A stretch of 46,728 bases of DNA, from sequence record SRR22947727_5003. One strand, 5' to 3'. Positions 42,281 to 46,728 of this stretch are shown here, piece by piece. A program made the translations under genes and the position numbers. Every line of letters starts with the position of its first letter. Within the stretch, counting starts at the first letter, position 1. The notes beneath the pieces were generated by a model, which did not search any database, was not told the DNA's origin, and saw only the letters and a program-made list of their open reading frames with translations.

Positions 42281-42910
42281 CTAGGCAGTCTGTAAGGTCG
42301 CCACCGAGAATCCGGCTTGTCGCACCGTCTCCACAAAGACCCGGTGAAGGCGATCATCTCCGGTGATTTCGGGGTGGAAAGCAACGCCCAGTGCAGTGCC
42401 TTGGCGCACTCCTACAACCTCGCCACCGGGAAGTGTGGCAATCACCTCAACCTCGGGGCCCACCCGAGTGACGAGGGGTGCTCGGATGAAAGCCACCCGA
42501 AGCGGTGGTCCAGATACCCCGGTAATGGCCACGTCTGTCTCATAGGAGTCGACCTGGGAACCAAAAGCGTTACGGCGCACCGTGACATCGAGCACCCCTA
42601 GTGACTCTTGCCCCTTAATGCCGTCCTCGAGCTCCGAGGCGAGCATAATGAGGCCGGCACACGTCCCGAGTACTGGGAGACCAGCCGCCAAGGCGTCGCG
42701 CAGTGGCTCGTAGAGATTGAAGATTCGGAGCAACTTGTCCATCACACTGGACTCACCACCGGGTATCACGATGCCGTTCAGACCCTCGAGGTGAGCGGGG
42801 AGTCGCACTTCGCGAACGTGGGCTCCCAATTCCTCCAGCATCGCCCGGTGCTCTCTCACGTCTCCTTGGAGACCGAGAACACCAATCAGGGGGCTTGAGC
42901 TACCAGCCAC
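42281..42910 (-). CDS. pdxT: Pyridoxal 5'-phosphate synthase glutaminase subunit (start GTG 42910 preferred)
   Basis: [37 protein letters not shown] and FHPE motifs. Confidence 0.97.
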   Translation of the reverse strand: MAGSSSPLIGVLGLQGDVREHRAMLEELGAHVREVRLPAHLEGLNGIVIPGGESSVMDKLLRIFNLYEPLRDALAAGLPVLGTCAGLIMLASELEDGIKGQESLGVLDVTVRRNAFGSQVDSYETDVAITGVSGPPLRVAFIRAPLVTRVGPEVEVIATLPGGEVVGVRQGTALGVAFHPEITGDDRLHRVFVETVRQAGFSVATLQTA

Positions 42911-43802
42911 GCTCGGCAAGCCGGTGCGGTGCGGGGAGGTCGTTCACGTTAATTCCCACCATGGCCTCGCCTAAGCCTCGCGACACCTCCGCGATAACGG
43001 AAGCATCGGTGTACTGGGCCGTGGCTTTCACTATCGCAGCTGCGCGTTCTGCTGGGTTGCCTGACTTGAAAACACCAGAGCCCACAAACACCCCGTCTGC
43101 GCCGAGTTGCATCATCATGGCCGCGTCCGCAGGAGTTGCGATTCCCCCGGCCGTGAAGAGCACGACGGGAAGCTTGCCAGTTTGCGCTACCTCGGCGACC
43201 AGCTCGTAGGGGGCCTGCAATTCTTTCGCCTGAACATAGAGCTCATCGGGCGTCATCGAGGAAAGACGGTTGATTTCACCCCGAATGGTGCGAATGTGCT
43301 TGGTCGCCTCGGAGACATCTCCCGTGCCGGCCTCACCCTTAGAGCGGACCATGGCCGCCCCCTCGGTGATACGACGAAGCGCCTCACCCAGGTTGGTGGC
43401 ACCACACACGAAGGGCACGGTGTAGCGCCATTTGTCGATGTGGTTGACATAATCGGCCGGACTCAACACCTCTGATTCATCGATGTAGTCCACTTTGAGT
43501 GCTTCCAAAACCTGGGCCTCGACGAAGTGACCAATACGGGCTTTTGCCATCACCGGAATCGAGACAGTGTCGATGATTCCCTGAATCAAATCAGGGTCAC
43601 TCATGCGAGCGACGCCTCCCTCGGCACGAATATCTGCGGGAACCCGCTCCAGAGCCATGACCGCAACAGCACCCGCGTCCTCGGCAATTCGAGCCTGCTC
43701 GGGGGTCACAACGTCCATGATGACGCCGCCCTTCAGCATCTCTGCCAGACCTCGCTTAACGCGGGCAGTTCCCGCCGTTACTGGGGTGGTGGGTTCGGTC
43801 AT
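42900..43802 (-). CDS. pdxS: Pyridoxal 5'-phosphate synthase lyase subunit
   Basis: [36 protein letters not shown] and [11 protein letters not shown] motifs. Confidence 0.98.
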   Translation of the reverse strand: MTEPTTPVTAGTARVKRGLAEMLKGGVIMDVVTPEQARIAEDAGAVAVMALERVPADIRAEGGVARMSDPDLIQGIIDTVSIPVMAKARIGHFVEAQVLEALKVDYIDESEVLSPADYVNHIDKWRYTVPFVCGATNLGEALRRITEGAAMVRSKGEAGTGDVSEATKHIRTIRGEINRLSSMTPDELYVQAKELQAPYELVAEVAQTGKLPVVLFTAGGIATPADAAMMMQLGADGVFVGSGVFKSGNPAERAAAIVKATAQYTDASVIAEVSRGLGEAMVGINVNDLPAPHRLAERGW

Positions 43803-43852
43803 GGTGTATCGAGATCCTCTCCTAGCGATGCTCCATCGTGAGCGACGAAAGT

Positions 43853-44419
43853 CTAACCGGTGGAACCTGAGTGCCAGCTCGCCCTCAAAATGTCGCGCAC
43901 TTCACCGAGAAGTTGAGGCATAGCTTTCGTTCTGGCCACAATGGGGAAGAAGTTGGAATCCTGTCCCCACCTGGGGACCACGTGCTGGTGGAGATGCTCC
44001 TCGATGCCAGCACCTGCAACCTTTCCCTGGTTGATTCCAACGTTGAATCCGTGTGCTCCGGACACCGCCCGAAGGGTTCTGATGGCGTCTTGAACCATCG
44101 TCCCCATCTCAGTGAGTTCCTCAGAGGTGATGTCGTCATAGTTCGCAACATGGCGATACGGGCAGATCAGAACATGGCCGGCGTTATAGGGGTAGAGGTT
44201 CAACACCGCATAGACACTCTCCCCACGGTGCACCACCAAGGAGTCCTCATCGGGCCTGGTGGGTGCAGTGCAAAACACGCAGCTTCCATCCTCTGGCTTT
44301 GTTTCGCCCTGGATGTAGGCAATCCGGTGGGGTGTCCAGAGGCGCTGGAAGGCGTCAGGAACGCCGGGCAAGCCCGAAGCGTCAAAGGAGGCGCTGGGGC
44401 CTTCCACGCTCTCAGGCAT
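43853..44419 (-). CDS. HIT-family nucleotide hydrolase/phosphorylase (Ap4A phosphorylase-like)
   Basis: RLWTP.R..YI, C.FC, LNLYPYN.GH, GFNVG.NQG..AGAG and [10 protein letters not shown] motifs. Lies directly downstream of thrS as usual. Confidence 0.92.
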   Translation of the reverse strand: MPESVEGPSASFDASGLPGVPDAFQRLWTPHRIAYIQGETKPEDGSCVFCTAPTRPDEDSLVVHRGESVYAVLNLYPYNAGHVLICPYRHVANYDDITSEELTEMGTMVQDAIRTLRAVSGAHGFNVGINQGKVAGAGIEEHLHQHVVPRWGQDSNFFPIVARTKAMPQLLGEVRDILRASWHSGSTG

Positions 44420-46412
44420 GGCTCTTCTGTCGGATCTCGCTGAGAATCATCTCTCGAGCTTTGTCCAGAGGCACGCCGTTCTCTTGAGTTCCATCGCGGA
44501 ATCGGAAGCTCACTGCACCTGCGCTGCGATCGTCTTCTCCGGCAATGAGCACGAAGGGAATCTTCGCCTTGGTGTGGGTCCGAATCTTCTTCTGCATGCG
44601 GTCATCGGAATCATCCAAGTCCGCTCGGACGCCGTGGGTGCGAAGGTCTGCGATGAAATCACCGAGGTACTCTGCGAACTCCCCTGCCACAGGGACGCCC
44701 ACAACTTGCACAGGTGAAAGCCAGGCGGGGAATGCACCGGCGTAGTGCTCCGTCAACACACCAAAGAAGCGCTCAATCGATCCGAAGAGGGCTCGGTGGA
44801 TCATGATCGGCTGTTTCCTGCTGCCATCAGCTGCCTGGTATTCCAGGTCAAAACGTGCGGGCAGATTGAAGTCGAGTTGAATCGTCGACATTTGCCAACT
44901 TCGTCCAATCGCGTCTCGCGCCTGGACGGAGATTTTCGGACCATAAAACGCGGCCCCGCCGGGGTCTGGCACCAGGGTTAAGCCAGACTTCTCTGCAACA
45001 GATGCGAGCGTGGCGGTGGCCTTCTCCCACAATTCGTCTGACCCCACAAACTTTTCGCTGTCATCATCGCGTGTAGACAGCTCGAGGTAGAAATCAGTCA
45101 AACCGAAATCGCTAAGCAAACCCAGGACGAAATCGAGGAGGTTCGCAAGCTCTTCTTCGAGAGACTCCTCTGTCACGAAAATGTGAGCATCGTCCATGGT
45201 GAGTCCTCGAACCCTCGTCAACCCGTGAACAACACCGCTCTTTTCGTAGCGATATACGGAGCCGAACTCGAACATCCTCAAGGGCAACTCTCGATAAGAG
45301 CGTTGCCTGGAGCGATAAATCAGGATGTGGAACGGGCAGTTCATGGGCTTTAGGTAATAGTCGGTGCCCTGCCTGGTGATCTCTCCGGCCTCGTTGCGTT
45401 GCTCGTCCATCCTCATCGGCGGGAACATGCCGTCTTTGTACCAAGACAGGTGACCAGAGGTCTCGAAAAGCTCCGACTTGGTGATGTGCGGGGTGTAGAC
45501 AAACTCATACCCAGCCTCTTCGTGGCGACGCCTCGAGTAGTCCTCCATCTCGCGACGGATCACTCCACCCTTGGGGTGGAACACGGCTAAACCAGAGCCG
45601 ATCTCATCTGGGAACGAGAAAAGATCGAGTTCTTGACCAAGTTTCCGATGATCCCGCTTGGCCGCCTCTTCGAGGCGCTCCAGGTGTGACCGAAGATCCT
45701 CTTTGCTCGCCCATGCAGTGCCATAAATGCGCTGCAACTGCGGGTTCTTCTCACTTCCCCGCCAATAGGCTGCAGCCAATCTGGTGAGCTTCCACCCATT
45801 GCCCAGCATCCTCGTGGAAGGAACGTGAGGCCCCCGACAGAGGTCTTTCCAGACCGTGTCCCCGGTCTTGGGGTCGACATTGTCGTAAATGGTGAGCTCG
45901 CCGGCACCCACCTCAACGCTTTCGCCCTGATCCCCTTCTGCCGCCTGATCCTTGAGGCCCACCAACTCACACTTATAGGGCTCCTTGGCAAGTTCCATAA
46001 GGGCTTCGTCTGCACTGACAACACGGCGCACAAAACGCTGGCCGCTCTTCACAATGCGCTGCATCTCTTTCTCCAGAGCGCTCAACTGTTCAGGAGAGAA
46101 AGGTTCGGCAACGTCAAAGTCGTAATAGAAACCGTCCACCACCGGTGGCCCAATCCCCAGTTTCGCTTCGGGATTCAGCGTCTGAACTGCTTGAGCCAGG
46201 ACGTGAGCGGCGGAGTGACGGAGGATTTCCAACCCATCTGGGGAATTGATCATGACCGGCTCAGCCGATTGTCCGGGCTCCAGCAGCGAATGGAGGTCCT
46301 TGATGACACCGCCAAGACGCACGGCGGCCACTCCGGGCTGAGGAAACAGGTCGGCGCCATTCATCTGCTCAGTCACAACAAGGGGTGCCCCAGAGGCGAT
46401 CTCAGACGTCAC
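44412..46412 (-). CDS. thrS: Threonine--tRNA ligase
   Basis: [44 protein letters not shown] and [11 protein letters not shown] motifs. -10 TAGGGT at 46453-46458. Confidence 0.99.
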   Translation of the reverse strand: MTSEIASGAPLVVTEQMNGADLFPQPGVAAVRLGGVIKDLHSLLEPGQSAEPVMINSPDGLEILRHSAAHVLAQAVQTLNPEAKLGIGPPVVDGFYYDFDVAEPFSPEQLSALEKEMQRIVKSGQRFVRRVVSADEALMELAKEPYKCELVGLKDQAAEGDQGESVEVGAGELTIYDNVDPKTGDTVWKDLCRGPHVPSTRMLGNGWKLTRLAAAYWRGSEKNPQLQRIYGTAWASKEDLRSHLERLEEAAKRDHRKLGQELDLFSFPDEIGSGLAVFHPKGGVIRREMEDYSRRRHEEAGYEFVYTPHITKSELFETSGHLSWYKDGMFPPMRMDEQRNEAGEITRQGTDYYLKPMNCPFHILIYRSRQRSYRELPLRMFEFGSVYRYEKSGVVHGLTRVRGLTMDDAHIFVTEESLEEELANLLDFVLGLLSDFGLTDFYLELSTRDDDSEKFVGSDELWEKATATLASVAEKSGLTLVPDPGGAAFYGPKISVQARDAIGRSWQMSTIQLDFNLPARFDLEYQAADGSRKQPIMIHRALFGSIERFFGVLTEHYAGAFPAWLSPVQVVGVPVAGEFAEYLGDFIADLRTHGVRADLDDSDDRMQKKIRTHTKAKIPFVLIAGEDDRSAGAVSFRFRDGTQENGVPLDKAREMILSEIRQKSHA

Positions 46413-46476
46413 AGTAAATCAAGCTTTCTCGAGAACAAGCGATGCATCCTCAACCCTAGTGCTGATGCGTCTCCCC

Positions 46477-46662
46477 TCAGGGAGCTTCTGAGTGGTCGTC
46501 CCCGGAACGATGCCCCGACAGGACAATGGCCGCCAGCCCGGCCACCAACAATGTCGCCACAACAGCGAGGACGACGAGATCGTTGTCGGCATAGGACGGG
46601 TAGGTCACCACAACACCGGCGAATAGCACCAGAAACCCGAGCGCGAGGAGAGTGTTCCGCAT
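46477..46662 (-). CDS. 61-aa two-helix membrane protein, function unknown
   Basis: MRNTLLALGFLVLFAGVVVTYPSYADNDLVVLAVVATLLVAGLAAIVLSGHRSGDDHSEAP, with GAGGT SD upstream of ATG 46662. Confidence 0.65.
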   Translation of the reverse strand: MRNTLLALGFLVLFAGVVVTYPSYADNDLVVLAVVATLLVAGLAAIVLSGHRSGDDHSEAP

Positions 46663-46697
46663 ATCTCTTACCTCGCTGCCAAGTCGAGACCACAGCA

Positions 46698-46728
46698 TGG
46701 TGGGCGATACTGGGTTCGAACCAGTGAC
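46698..46728 (-). tRNA. tRNA 3' part, most likely tRNA-Val (truncated by the window edge; anticodon not visible)
   Basis: The minus strand reads GTC-ACTGG-TTCGAAC-CCAGT-ATCGCCC-A-CCA: T-arm, acceptor strand, discriminator A and encoded CCA. This resembles actinobacterial tRNA-Val genes found upstream of thrS. Confidence 0.85.

Noticed and set aside
41481..42283. SOS (LexA) or PafBC motif upstream of yebC/ruvCAB
   Set aside because: I saw no TCGAAC-N4-GTTCGA or TGTCGG-N10-TANNNT in the short gaps inspected. Sites inside coding regions were not exhaustively scanned.
43822..43841. Small hairpin CGATG-GAG-CATCG in the pdxS leader
   Set aside because: It is too short to distinguish from chance and does not match a riboswitch I recognise.
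46413..46476. T-box or other long leader for thrS (and for alaS)
   Set aside because: The leaders are too short and I saw no UGGnACCGCG T-box sequence.

Overview
This is a dense core-genome segment of an actinobacterium. Gene content, gene order and sequence style fit a compact Microbacteriaceae genome (lineage inferred, not computed). About 45 genes are present and all but three are on the minus strand, many with overlapping start and stop codons. In the direction of transcription the minus strand carries: a tRNA-Val 3' end, a small membrane ORF, thrS, HIT hydrolase, pdxS-pdxT, yebC, ruvCAB, yajC-secD-secF and rel. Next come three plus-strand genes (cyclophilin, DUF349 protein, AbiEi-like ORF). 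The minus strand then continues with rarA, rpsD, a 51-aa ORF missing from the ORF track, alaS-ruvX-mltG-aroE-aroC-aroK-aroB-aroQ-efp-nusB, pyrR-pyrB-pyrC-orf-carA-carB-pyrF, an mIHF-Gmk fusion, rpoZ-coaBC-metK-priA-fmt-rsmB-rpe, an FKBP and hisE-hisG-hisF-hisI. I found no prophage, IS, CRISPR array or defence island, and I cannot support a claim of a wholly new multi-gene system. The best leads are: (1) a nucleoid-protein/guanylate kinase fusion, (2) a structured 5' leader on a stand-alone rpsD (candidate S4 autoregulatory RNA), (3) an orphan AbiEi-like gene overlapping the rel 3' end with a DnaA-box-like 9-mer upstream, and (4) repeated use of TAG stop codons as part of the next gene's -10 hexamer. 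All homology calls come from recalled family motifs; no searches were run.
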